A DNA stretch of 64,000 bases from Eledone cirrhosa (lineage: Eukaryota): assembly GCA_964016885.1 (NCBI GenBank), contig OZ024752.1, forward strand, positions 29,822,001 to 29,886,000. The letters run 5' to 3'. Under the pieces are notes generated by a model, which searched no databases, was not told the origin of the DNA, and saw only the letters and a list, made by a program, of their open reading frames with translations. Of the stretch, positions 23,401 to 36,000 are shown in pieces; positions within the stretch are counted from its first letter, which is position 1, and each line of letters opens with the position of its first letter. Position numbers and translations under genes: made by a program.

Positions 23401-23987
23401 GTTTTTAAGTTAAATATGCATGCAACAACAAACGTAGTCTGTTGTTTTTTCTTGCAAACCAAACCACTTTTCTTTTTTTTTTTCAGCCAAAATAATTACC
23501 TGTTATATTACCATTGAGACAAAGACATTTTTTTATTTTTATAAGTAGATTATAAAGATGGATATTCCTGCTAGAGATCTAAAATGAGATAATCTCAGGT
23601 AAGTAATTATGTATCACCTGAGAATTACATATCACAAACAAAAACAAAGAAGGAAATAAGTGAAATAAAACCTGCAAGCAAGGAAGGATTCAACTTTCCT
23701 TTCCTTAAAAAGGTAACAGATCATGTTTTAAATCAGGTTAAATTATCGATGAAAGAATTCTATACTTGTTGTTTATATTTATTTTCAATCATGTTTTTAT
23801 TCTGAAAATTATAAAAACAAACAAAAAACAAAACAAAAAAAGTCCAAAATATTTCTGTTTGGGACAAGGGTGAAAATATACCAACTTGCAGACTATCACA
23901 TACATTCCACATATTGTATGATAAAAGAAAATTAAATTATTTATATTTCATAACACATAGGTAAGATCTACTTCATAAAATAATTGT

Positions 23988-24104
23988 TTCTACTTTAGGC
24001 ACAAGGCCAGCAAATACCCAGTGTATTACTGGTACTTTATTTTATCGACCCCGTAAGGATGAAAGGCAAAGTTAACCTCGGCGGGATTTGAACTCAGATC
24101 GTTT
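23988..24104 (-). mobile_element. 5'-truncated SINE family A with 17-bp TSD
   Basis: CTTCATAAAATAATTGT at 23971-23987 and 24105-24121; the A-box half is missing. Confidence 0.9.
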
Positions 24105-24242
24105 CTTCATAAAATAATTGTATTGATATATTATAAATAGTGCTGACTCATATAACTAAAAGCTTATGTTAAAACCAAACCAGGATTGATTCTGTATGAG
24201 CAAGACACGGTCATCTGATCTGACTTGTCTCACAACAGGACA

Positions 24243-24302
24243 ATCCATCTAACCCATGCTAGCGTGGGAAAATGGACATTAAACGATGATGATGATGATG
24301 AT
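24243..24302 (+). mobile_element. Isolated RTE-type SINE/LINE tail
   Basis: ATCCATCTAACCCATGCTAGCGTGGGAAAATGGACATTAAACGATGATGATG. Confidence 0.7.
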
Positions 24303-24934
24303 TTAGACATTTGTAAACACAGGTCGATATAAAAGTACCAGTCTAGTACTGAGATTGATTCTTCCTCTATATCTCTTTCTCACTTCCATTCTCTCACTTT
24401 CTATCCTTCTTTGGAAGAAATCTACTGTATTCAGACCAGAGGAGATGGGCTATGACAAGTTTTAAAATGCCCTAGCATGTCAATATGGCACCCTTTCGAC
24501 TCCCATAGGGGTTACAGGACCACACATATACATAGAGTAGAACTAAAAAGAGGTCATTACTGACTGAATATGGAATATGACTTCAATAAAAAATGATAAT
24601 TATCATTGGTAAGCTGTCATTTTAAAAATTAGATTAAATTTTACTGAAATCAAGAAATGCAATAATTATTAAGGGACCAGAAGTAAGTTTCATGTTTCTC
24701 AACCAATATATTATTGATCTAAGAATATAGAACATCTAGTTACTGGTAAAGTTTTCTTGAAGCCAATAATATTCTGTTTGTGCATTGAACATCTTGGTAT
24801 ATTCTAGCAGAGCCTACTATAAATTTCAGGTAAATTTTGCTGTTGTGGTAAAACAGAAAGATAGTAAACTATAGAAAGAGTTGTATTTAAATTTTTTTTT
24901 TAAATGATTAAGTTCAAAGCAATATACGTCAAAG

Positions 24935-25060
24935 ATAATTGGATAATATCCATCAGCATGATTGGTCTTGTTTGGGGATCTAACCAGATCAATTGGAGAT
25001 GGTTGCTTCTAACAGGACTCACTGGAAACAACCCTCTCAGGAATAAGTGGATAAAGAAGA
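24935..25060 (+). mobile_element. Second short RTE 3' end with a decayed 24-bp TSD
   Basis: LDNIHQHDWSCLGI*PDQLEMVASNRTHWKQPSQE* is homologous to 23225-23338. The flanks 24911-24934 and 25061-25084 match at 20/24. Confidence 0.75.
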
Positions 25061-25134
25061 AATTCAAGGCAATATACAGCAAAGGTGGGAACAATAACAA
25101 CAACAAAACACATACCCCAATAGCAGTGCAAATG

Positions 25135-25222
25135 TAGGTAGGTAGATAGAGAGATAGATAGATTGATAGATAGATCGATATATAGATCGATAGATAGATA
25201 AATAGATATGTAGGTAGATAGG
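25135..25222. repeat. (ATAG)n tetranucleotide repeat
   Basis: Directly visible. Confidence 0.85.
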
Positions 25223-25434
25223 TGGTAAAATAAAGTCATATATGTGTAGTAATTATTACAGAAAATATGGAAGAAAATTATTGTAATTGATTTAAAGAAG
25301 TGTAAAAGTTTATACATCGATGGCCAGTGACTAGAGGGAGAATTCCAAGGATTTCATAGAATGCTACAATGAAGGATTTATTAAATAAAATATTTATTTC
25401 ACTATAAACCTCATTTGTGACATGTACTAAGCTA

Positions 25435-25477
<43 letters not shown>

Positions 25478-25484
25478 TATATGC

Positions 25485-25533
25485 AACCCAATGCTAGCGT
25501 GGAAGATGGACGTTAAACGTTGATGATGATGAT
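25485..25533 (+). mobile_element. Isolated RTE-type tail inside a (TA)n tract
   Basis: AACCCAATGCTAGCGTGGAAGATGGACGTTAAACGTTGATGATGATG. Confidence 0.65.
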
Positions 25534-25694
25534 ATATATATATATATATTACTTCAAAATAATAATAAATATAGACATTCATGTGATCAAATATATTTTA
25601 TTATATATATTTCAGAGGTACTGAGCTGTTTCATCAGTACGTCCTCATCAGATAAAATAAATTGATGTCTTTTGGTTATATATATATATATATA

Positions 25695-25783
25695 CAGGGT
25701 GTTCGCCTAAAAACAACAGCATTTTAATAAATATTGCCTGTACAGGTAATCAAAGTTTGTATAAATGTTTTTAGGACACCTTG
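25695..25783. mobile_element. 89-bp Tc1/mariner-type MITE in (TA)n
   Basis: TA|CAGGGTGTTCGCCTAAAAACA ... TGTTTTTAGGACACCTTG|TA: imperfect TIRs with the CAGGGTGT start typical of Tc1/mariner. Confidence 0.7.
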
Positions 25784-26458
25784 TATATATATATGTGTGT
25801 GTATTTACATTGTATTTTATGTGGATATAGACTGAGTAGTTATGTAATTTGATTTAAATTGTTTACTGCTAGACACTTAAAATAGTTAGACTGTGGTGTA
25901 AATAAAATAAAATAATGTTATATAATAAAATTAATATGGAAAGAAAGCTTTGAACACAATTTTTCTTATTGAATATTTAAATTATTATTTAGTAAGAGGA
26001 GTAGTAGAAGGAGAAGGGGGAGGAGCAGAGACATGTCATTGACCTTTGTAAAACTCCTTAAAACTGGTTAATGCAGTCGATGTTCAGCTTGAAAATCTGT
26101 ATGTTATTGACTGGGTAGAAAGGATAGGTAAAGATGTTTAATGTAGAATAAGGTGGGTGCTTGGTTGGTTGGGGAAGGTTGAGATATTGAGTAAAGAGGA
26201 AACAGGTGCATCGTGCATCATGTAGGTTTGGGTAGAATCAGTGCAAAACTTGCTAGTTGAGAGCAAAATAGAAGAAGAAGACATTAGAGTAGCAGTAAAT
26301 GAAAAAGAAAGAAGAAACAATAAAAGTGTGAAGTAATGGTTGTAGTTGTAATAGTCTGAATGTTTGTCAATCATACATAACCAAATAACTGTTTAATATC
26401 TGTGTAGTAAAATAGTTTCTGAATGCATCAGCTCAGATATGTTAATATTATTCTAATA

Positions 26459-26643
26459 AGGCGGTGGATTGGCAGTATCAGTAGAGGGTCAGATGCCATG
26501 CTTTCCAGCATAGTTAAGTCCCTTTACGATCTGAGTTCAAATCCTGCCGAGGTTGACTTTGCCTTTCATCCTTATGGGGTTGATAAAATAAAGTACCAGT
26601 AATGCACTGCGTAATTGCTGGCCTTGCGCCTAAAGTAGAAACA
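26459..26643 (+). mobile_element. Full-length SINE family A with 12-bp TSD
   Basis: ATTATTCTAATA at 26447-26458 and 26644-26655. Confidence 0.92.
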
Positions 26644-26811
26644 ATTATTCTAATATGGGTCACATTTTCCCTTTATAGTTAATTGTATGTATGCATGTAT
26701 GGTCCCATTATTTTAACCTGATAGAGCCTGAATACCTCTCCAGGCCTGAACGCAGCAGATTTCTTCCAAAGAAGGATAGAAAGTGACACAGAAGAAGTGA
26801 GAAAGAAATAT

Positions 26812-26970
26812 AGAGGAAAGTTTGACCCCACTACTGGCCAGGTACGTTTTTTATCGAAATAGAATGGATGAGGGAAAGTCGACCTCAGTAGGATTTGAAT
26901 GCAGAGTGCAGAGAGACATAAGTACCACCAAACATTCTATCTGACGTTCTAATGACTCTGCCAATTTGCT
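26812..26970 (-). mobile_element. Old, diverged family-A-like SINE
   Basis: TTTTATCGA...GGATGAGGGAAAGTCGACCTCAGTAGGATTTGAA...TCTGCCAATTTGC. Confidence 0.6.
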
Positions 26971-27054
26971 GTTAATTATAGTTAATTAGAAAGTAGCAAA
27001 CAAGTAACATCTGGTTTTGAAGTGGAAGCCTATATGTTTAGATGCAGTTTTTGA

Positions 27055-30000
27055 TAATATTGTACATGTGGTGGGATGTGTGGCCACTGTAATAGATTGG
27101 CAGAGATGGTAATGTTGTAGATGTGGGATGTGTGGTCACTGTAATAGGTTGCCAGAGATGGTAATATTGTAGATGTGGGATGTGTGGCCATTGTAATACA
27201 TTGCCAGAGATGGTAATATTGTAGATGTGGGATGTGTGGCCACTGTAATAGATTGCCAGAGATGGCAATGTTGTAGATGTGGGATGTGTGGTCACTTTAA
27301 TAGGTTGCCAGAGATGGTAATATTGTAGATGTGGGATGTGTGGCCATTGTAATACATTGCCAGAAATGGTAATATTGTAGATGTGGGATGTGTGGTCACT
27401 GTAATAGATTGGCAGAGATGGTAATGTTGTAGATGTGGGATGTGTGGTCACTGTAATAGATTGCCAGAGATGGTAATATTGTAGATGTGGGATGTGTGGT
27501 CACTGTAATAGATTGCCAGAGATGGCAATGTTGTAGATGTGGGATGTGTGGTCACTTTAATAGGTTGCCAGAGATGGTAATATTGTAGATGTGGGATGTG
27601 TGGTCACTGTAATAGATTGCCAGAGATGGTAATGTTGTAGATGTGGGATGTGTGGTCACTGTAATAGGTTGCCAGAGATGGTAATATTGTAGATGTGGGA
27701 TGTGTGGCCATTGTAATACATTGCCAGAGATGGTAATATTGTAGATGTGGGATGTGTGGCCACTGTAATAGATTGCCAGAGATGGCAATGTTGTAGATGT
27801 GGGATGTGTGGTCACTTTAATAGGTTGCCAGAGATGGTAATATTGTAGATGTGGGATGTGTGGTCACTGTAATAGATTGCTAGAGATGGTAATATTGTAG
27901 ATGTGGGATGTGTGGCCACTGTAATAGATTGCCAGAGATGGTAATATTGTAGATGTGGGATGTGTGGTCACTGTAATAGATTGGCAGAGATGGTAATATT
28001 GTAGATGTGGGATGTGAGGTCACTGTAATAGATTGCCAGAGATGGTAATGTTGTAGATGTGGGATGTGAGGTCACTGTAATAGATTGCCAGAGATGGTAC
28101 TGTTGTAGATGTGGTATGTGAGGTCACTGTAATAGATTGGCAGAGATCGTAATGTTGTAGATGTGGGATGTGTGGTCACCGTAATAGATTGCCAGAGATG
28201 GTAATATTGTAGATGTGGGATGTGTGGTCACCGTAATAGATTGCCAGAGATGGTAATGTTGTAGATGTGGGATGTGTGGTCACTGTAATAGGTTGCCAGA
28301 GATGGTAATGTTGTAGATGTGGGATGTGTGGCCACTGTAATAGATTGGCAGAGATGGTAATATTGTAGATGTGGGATGTGTGGTCACTGTAATAGGTTGC
28401 CAGAGATGATAATGTTGTAGATGTGGGATGTGTGGCCACTGTAATAGATTGGCAGAGATGGTAATATTGTAGATGTGGGATGTGTGGTCACTGTAATAGA
28501 TTGGTAGAGATGGTAATATTGTAGATGTGGGATGTGTGGTCACTGTAATAGATTGCCAGAGATGGTAATATTGTAGATGTGGGATGTTTGGCCACTGTAA
28601 TAGATTGGCAAAGATGGTAATATTGTAGATGTGGGATGTGTGGTCACTGTAATAGTTTGGCAGAGATGGTAATGTTGTAGATGTGGGATGTGTGGTCACT
28701 GTAATAGGTTGCCAGAGATGGTAATGTTGTAGATGTGGGATGTGTGGTCACTGTAATAGGTTGCCAGAGATGGTAATGTTGTAGATGTGGGATGTGTGGT
28801 CACTGTAATAGATTGGCAGAGATGGTAATATTGTAGATGTGGGATGTGTGCTCACTGTAATAGATTGGCAGAGATGGTAATATTGTAGATGTGGGATGTG
28901 TGGTCACTGTAATAGGGTGCCAGAGATGGTAATGTTGTAGATGTGGGATGTGTGGTCACTGTAATAGATTGGCAGAGATGGTAATATTGTAGATGTGGGA
29001 TGTGAGGTCACTGTAATAGATTGGCAGAGATGGTAATATTGTAGATGTGGGATGTGTGGACACTGTAATAGGTTGCCAGAGATGGTAATGTTGTAGATGT
29101 GGGATGTGAGGTCACTGTAATAGATTGGCAGAGATGGTAATGTTGTAGATGTAGGATGTGTGGTCACTGTAATAGATTGCCAGAGATGGTAATGTTGTAG
29201 ATGTGGGATGTGTGGTCACTGTAATAGATTGGCAGAGATGGTAATGTTGTAGATGTGGGATGTTTGGCCACTGTAATAGATTGGCAGAGATGGTAATATT
29301 GTAGATGTGGGATGTGTGGTGACCGTAATAGATTGCCAGAGATGGTAATATTGTATATGTGGGATGTGTGGTCACCGTAATAGATTGCCAGAGATGGTAA
29401 TGTTGTAGATGTGGGATGTGTGGTCACCGTAATAGATTGCCAGAGATGATAATGTTGTAGATGTGGGATGTGAGGTCACTGTAATAGATTGGCAGAGATG
29501 GTAATATTGTAGATGTAGGATGTGTGGTCACTGTAATAGATTGGCAGAGATGGTAATGTTGTAGATGTAGGATGTGTGGTCACTGTAGTAGATTGCCAGA
29601 GATGGTAATGTTGTAGATGTGGGATGTTTGGCCACTGTAATAGATTGGCAGAGATGGTAATATTGTAGATGTGGGATGTGTGGTCACTGTAATAGATTGG
29701 CAGAAATGGTAATATTGTAGATGTGGGATGTGTGGTCACTGTAATAGGTTACCAGAGATGAAAATGTTGTAGATGTGGGATGTGAGGTCACTGTAATAGA
29801 TTGGCAGAGATGGTAATGTTGTAGATGTGGGATGTGTGGTCACCTTAATAGATTGCCAGAGATGGTAATATTGTAGATGTGGGATGTGTGGTCACTGTAA
29901 TAGATTGGTAGAGATGGTAATATTGTAGATGTGGGATGTGTGGTCACTGTAATAGATTGGCAGAGATGGTAATGTTGTAGATGTGGATTGTGTGGTCACC

Positions 30001-33000
30001 GTAATAGATTGCCAGAGATGGTAATATTGTAGATGTGGGATGTGTGGTCACTGTAATAGATTGGCAGAGATGGTAATGTTGTAGATGTGTGATGTGTGGT
30101 CACTTTAATAGGTTGCCAGAGATGGTAATATTGTAGATGTGGGATGTGTGGTCATTGTAATAGCTTGCCAGAGATGGTAATATTGTAGATGTGGGATGTG
30201 TGGTCACCGTAATAGATTGCCAGAGATGGTAATATTGTAGATGTGGGATGTGTAGTCACTGTAATAGATTGCCAGAGATGGTAATATTGTAGATGTGGGA
30301 TGTGTGGTCACTGTAATAGATTGGCAGAGATGGTAATATTGTAGATGTGGGATGTGTGGTCATGGTAATAGGTTGCCAGAGATGGTAATATTGTAGATGT
30401 GGGATGTGTGGTCACCGTAATAGATTGGCAGAGATGGTAATGTTGTAGATGTGGGATGTGTGGTCACTGTAATAGATTGCCAGAGATGGTAATGTTGTAG
30501 ATGTGGGATGTGTGGCCACTGTAATAGATTGCCAGAGATGGTAATGTTGTAGATGTGGGATGTGTGGCCACTGTAATAGATTGCCAGAGATGGTAATGTT
30601 GTAGATGTGGGATGTGTGGTCACTGTAATAGATTGCCAGAGATGGTAATATTGCAGATGAGGGATGTGTGGTCACTGTAATAGATTACCAGAGATGGTAA
30701 TGTTGTAGATGTGGGATGTGTGGCCACTGTAATAGATTGCCAGAGATGGTAATGTTGTAGATGTGGGATGTGTGGCCACTGTAATAGATTGCCAGAGATG
30801 GTAATGTTGTAGATGTGGGATGTGTGGTCACTGTAATAGATTGGCAGAGGTGGTAATATTGTAGATGTGGGATGTGTGGTCACTGTAATAGATTGCCAGA
30901 GATGGTAATGTTGTAGATGTGGGATGTGTGGTCACTGTAATAGATTGGCAGAGATGGTAATGTTGTAGATGTAGGATGTGTGGTCACTGTAATAGATTGG
31001 CAGAGATGGTAATGTTGTAGATGTGGCATGTGTGGTCACTGTAATAGATTGGCAGAGATGGTAATGTTGTAGATGTGGGATGTGAGGTCACTGTAATAGA
31101 TTGCCAGAGATCGTAATATTGTAGATGTGGGATGTGTGGTCACTGTAATAGATTGCCAGAGATGGTAATGTTGTAGATGTGGGATGTGTGGTCACTGTAA
31201 TAGATTGGCAGAGATGGTAATATTGTAGATGTGGCATGTGTGGTCACTGTAATAGATTGGCAGAGATGGTAATATTGTAGATGTGGGGTGTGTGGCCACT
31301 GTAATAGATTGGCAGAGATGGTAATATTGTAGATGTGGGATGTGTGGTCACTGTAATAGATTGGCAGAGATGGTAATGTTGTAGATGTGGGATGTGTGGT
31401 CACTGTAATAGATTGCCAGAGATGGTAATATTGTAGATGTGGGATGTGTGGCCACTGTAATAGATTGCCAGAGATGGTAATATTGTAGATGTGGGATGTG
31501 TGGCCACTGTAATAGATTACCAGAGATGGTAATATTGTAGATGTGGGATGTTTGGCCACTGTAATAGATTGCCAGAGATGGTAATATTGTAGGTGTGGGA
31601 TGTGTGGCAACTGTAATAGATTGGCAAAGATGATAATATTGTAGATGTGGCATGTGAGGTCACTGTAATAGATTGGCAGAGATGGTAATATTGTAGATGT
31701 GGGATGTGTGGCCACTGTAATAGATTGGCAAAGATGGTAATATTGTAGATGTGGGATGTGAGGTCACTGTAATAGATTGGCAGAGATGGTAATGTTGTAG
31801 ATGTGGGATGTGTGGTCACTGTAATAGATTGCCAGAGATGGTAATGTTGTAGATGTGGGATGTGTGGTCACTGTAATAGATTGCCAGAGATGGTAATATT
31901 GTAGATGTGGGATGTGTGGTCACTGTAATAGATTGGCAGAGATGGTAATGTTGTAGATGTGGGATGTGAGGTCACTGTAATAGATTGGCAGAGATGGTAA
32001 TGTTGTCGATGTGGGATGTTTGGCCACTGTAATAGATTGGCAGAGATGGTAATATTGTAGATGTGGGATGTGTGGTCACCGTAATAGATTGCCAGAGATG
32101 GTAATATTGTAGATGTGGGATGTGTGGTAACCGTAATAGATTGCCAGAGATGGTAATATTGTAGATGTGGGATGTGTGGTCACCGTAATAGATTGGCAGA
32201 GATGGTAATGTTGTAGATGTGGGGTGTGTGGTCACTGTAATAGATTGCCAGAGATGGTAATATTGTAGATGTGGGATGTGTGGTCACTGTAATAGATTGG
32301 CAGAGATGGTAATGTTGTAGATGTGGGGTGTGTGGTCACTGTAATAGATTGCAAGAGATGGTAATATTGTAGATGTGGTATGTGAAGTCACTGTAATAGG
32401 TTGCCAGAGATGGTAATATTGTAGGTGTGGGATGTGTGGTCACCGTAATAGATTGCCAGAGATGGTAATATTGTAGATGTGGGATGTGTGGTCACTGTAA
32501 TAGATTGGCAGAGATGGTAATGTTGTAGATGTGGGATGTGTGGTCACTGTAATAGATTGCCAGAGATGGTAATGTTGTAGATGTGGGATGTGTGGTCACT
32601 GTAATAGATTGCCAGAGATGGTAATATTGTAGATGTGGGATGTGTGGTCACTGTAATAGATTGCCAGAGATGGTAATGTTGTAGATGTGGGATGTGAGGT
32701 CACTGTAATAGATTGGCAGAGATGGTAATATTGTAGATGTGGGATGTGTGGTCACTGTAATAGATTGCCAGAGATGGTAATGTTGTAGATGTGGGATGTG
32801 TGGTCACTGTAATAGATTGGCAGAGATGGTAATATTGTAGATGTGGGATGTGTGGTCACTGTAATAGATTGCCAGAGATGGTAATGTTGTAGATGTGGGA
32901 TGTGTGGTCACTGTAATAGATTGCCAGAGATGGTAATGTTGTAGATGTGGGATGTGTGGTCACTGTAATAGATTGGCAGAGATGGTAATATTGTAGATGT

Positions 33001-36000
33001 GGGATGTGTGGTCACTGTAATAGATTGCCAGAGATGGTAATATTGTAGATGTGGGATGTGTGGTCACTGTAATAGATTGCCAGAGATGGTAATGTTGTAG
33101 ATGTGGGATGTGTGGTCACTGTAATAGATTGGCAGAGATGGTAATGTTGTAGATGTGGGATGTGACGTCACTGTAATAGATTGGCAGAGATGGTAATGTT
33201 GTCGATGTGGGATGTTTGGCCACTGCAATAGATTGGCAGAGATGGTAATATTGTAGATGTGGGATGTGTGGTCACCGTAATAGATTGCCAGAGATGGTAA
33301 TATTGTAGATGTGGGATGTGTGGTCACCGTAATAGAATTGGCAGCGATGGTAATGTTGTAGATGTGGGATGTGTGGTCACTGTAATAGATTGCCAGAGAT
33401 GGTAATGTTGTAGATGTGGGATGTTTGGCCACTGTAATAGATTGCCAGAGATGGTAATATTGTAGATGTGGGATGTGTGGTCACCGTAATAGATTGCCAG
33501 AGATGGTAATATTGTAGATGTGGGATGTGTGGTCACTGTAATAGATTGGCAGAGATGGTAATGTTGTAGATGTGGGGTGTGTGGTCACTGTAATAGATTG
33601 CCAGAGATGGTAATATTGTAGATGTGGGATGTGTGGTCACTGTAATAGATTGGCAGAGATGGTAATGTTGTACATGTGGGATGTGTGGTCACTGTAATAG
33701 ATTGGCAGAGATGGTAATGTTGTAGATGTGGGATGTTTGGCCACTGTAATAGATTGGCAGAGATGGTAATATTGTAGATGTGGGATGTGTGGTAACCGTA
33801 ATAGATTGCCAGAGATGGTAATATTGTAGATGTGGGATGTGTGGTCACCGTAATAGATTGGCAGAGATGGTAATGTTGTAGATGTGGGGTGTGTGGTCAC
33901 TGTAATAGATTGCCAGAGATGGTAATATTGTAGATGTGGGATGTGTGGTCACTGTAATAGATTGGCAGAGATGGTAATGTTGTAGATGTGGGGTGTGTGG
34001 TCACTGTAATAGATTGCCAGAGATGGTAATATTGTAGATGTGGTATGTGAAGTCACTGTAATAGGTTGCCAGAGATGGTAATATTGTAGATGTGGGATGT
34101 GTGGTCACCGTAATAGATTGCCAGAGATGGTAATATTGTAGATGTGGGATGTGTGGTCACTGTAATAGATTGGCAGAGATGGTAATGTTGTAGATGTGGG
34201 ATGTGTGGTCACTGTAATAGATTGCCAGAGATGGTAATGTTGTAGATGTGGGATGTGTGGTCACTGTAATAGATTGCCAGAGATGGTAATATTGTAGATG
34301 TGGGATGTGTGGTCACTGTAATAGATTGCCAGAGATGGTAATGTTGTAGATGTGGGATGTGAGGTCACTGTAATAGATTGGCAGAGATGGTAATATTGTA
34401 GATGTGGGATGTGTGGTCACTGTAATAGATTGCCAGAGATGGTAATGTTGTAGATGTGGGATGTGTGGTCACTGTAATAGATTGGCAGAGATGGTAATAT
34501 TGTAGATGTGGGATGTGTGGTCACTGTAATAGATTGCCAGAGATGGTAATGTTGTAGATGTGGGATGTGTGGTCACTATAATAGATTGGCAGAGATGGTA
34601 ATATTGTAGATGTGGGATGTGTGGTCACTGTAATAGATTGCCAGAGATGGTAATGTTGTAGATGTGGGATGTGTGGTCACTGTAATAGATTGGCAGAGAT
34701 GGTATTGTTGTAGATGTGGGATGTGAGGTCACTGTAATAGATTGGTAGAGATGGTAATATTGTAGATGTGGGATGTGAGGTCACTGTAATAGATTGGTAG
34801 AGATGGTAATATTGTAGATGTGGGATGTGAGGTCACTGTAATAGATTGGTAGAGATGGTAATATTGTAGATGTGGGATGTGTGGTCACTGTAATAGATTG
34901 GCAGAGATGGTAATATTGTAGATGTGGGATGTGTGGTCACTGTAATAGATTGCCAAAGATGGTAATGTTGTAGGTGTGGGATGTTTGGTCACTGTAATAG
35001 ATTGGCAAAGATGGTAATATTGTAGATGTAGGATGTGTGGTCACCGTAATAGATTACCAGAGATGGTAATATTGTAGATGTGGGATGTGTGGTCACTGTA
35101 ATAGATTGCCAGAGATGGTAATATTGTAGATGTGGGATGTGTGGTCACTGTAATAGATTGCCAGCGATGGTAATGTTGTAGATGTGGGATGTGTGGCCAC
35201 TGTAATAGATTGCCAGAGATGGTAATATTGTAGATGTGGGATGTTTGGTCACAGTAATAGGTTGCCAGAGATGGTAATATTGTAGATGTGGGATGTGTGG
35301 TCACTGTAATAGATTGACAGAGATGGTAATGTTGTAGATGTGGGATGTGTGGTCACTGTAATAGATTGCCAGAGATGGTAATGTTGTAGATGTGGGATGT
35401 GTGGCCACTGTAATAGATTGCCAGAGATGGTAATATTGTAGATGTGGGATGTGTGGTCACTGTAATAGATTGCCAGAGATGGTAATGTTGTAGATGTGGG
35501 ATGTGTGGTCACTGTAATAGGTTACCAGAGATGGTAATATTGTAGATGTGGGATGTGTGGTCACTGTAATAGATTGGCAAAGATGGTAATACTGTAGATG
35601 TAGGATGTGTGGTCACCGTAATAGATTACCAGAGATGGTAATATTGTAGATGTGGGATGTGTGGTCACTGTAATAGGTTACCAGAGATGATAATGTTGTA
35701 GATGTGGGATGTAAGGTCACTGTAATAGATTGGCAGAGATGGTAATGTTGTAGATGTGGGATGTGTGGTCACTGTAATAGGTTGCCAGAGATGGTAATAT
35801 TGTAGATGTGGGATGTGTGGCCATTGTAATACATTGCCAGAGATGGTAATATTGTAGATGTGGGATGTGTGGTCACTGTAATAGATTGGCAGAGATGGTA
35901 ATGTTGTAGATGTGGGATGTGTGGCCACTGTAATAGATTGCCAGAGATGGCAATGTTGTAGATGTGGGATGTGTGGTCACTTTAATAGGTTGCCAGAGAT

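Noticed and set aside
1099-27200. Common origin of the C-rich minisatellite and the reverse complement of the 52-bp unit
   Set aside because: Only short words are shared (CTGCCA, ATCTAT, TGACC) with different spacing, which is not enough to claim homology by eye.
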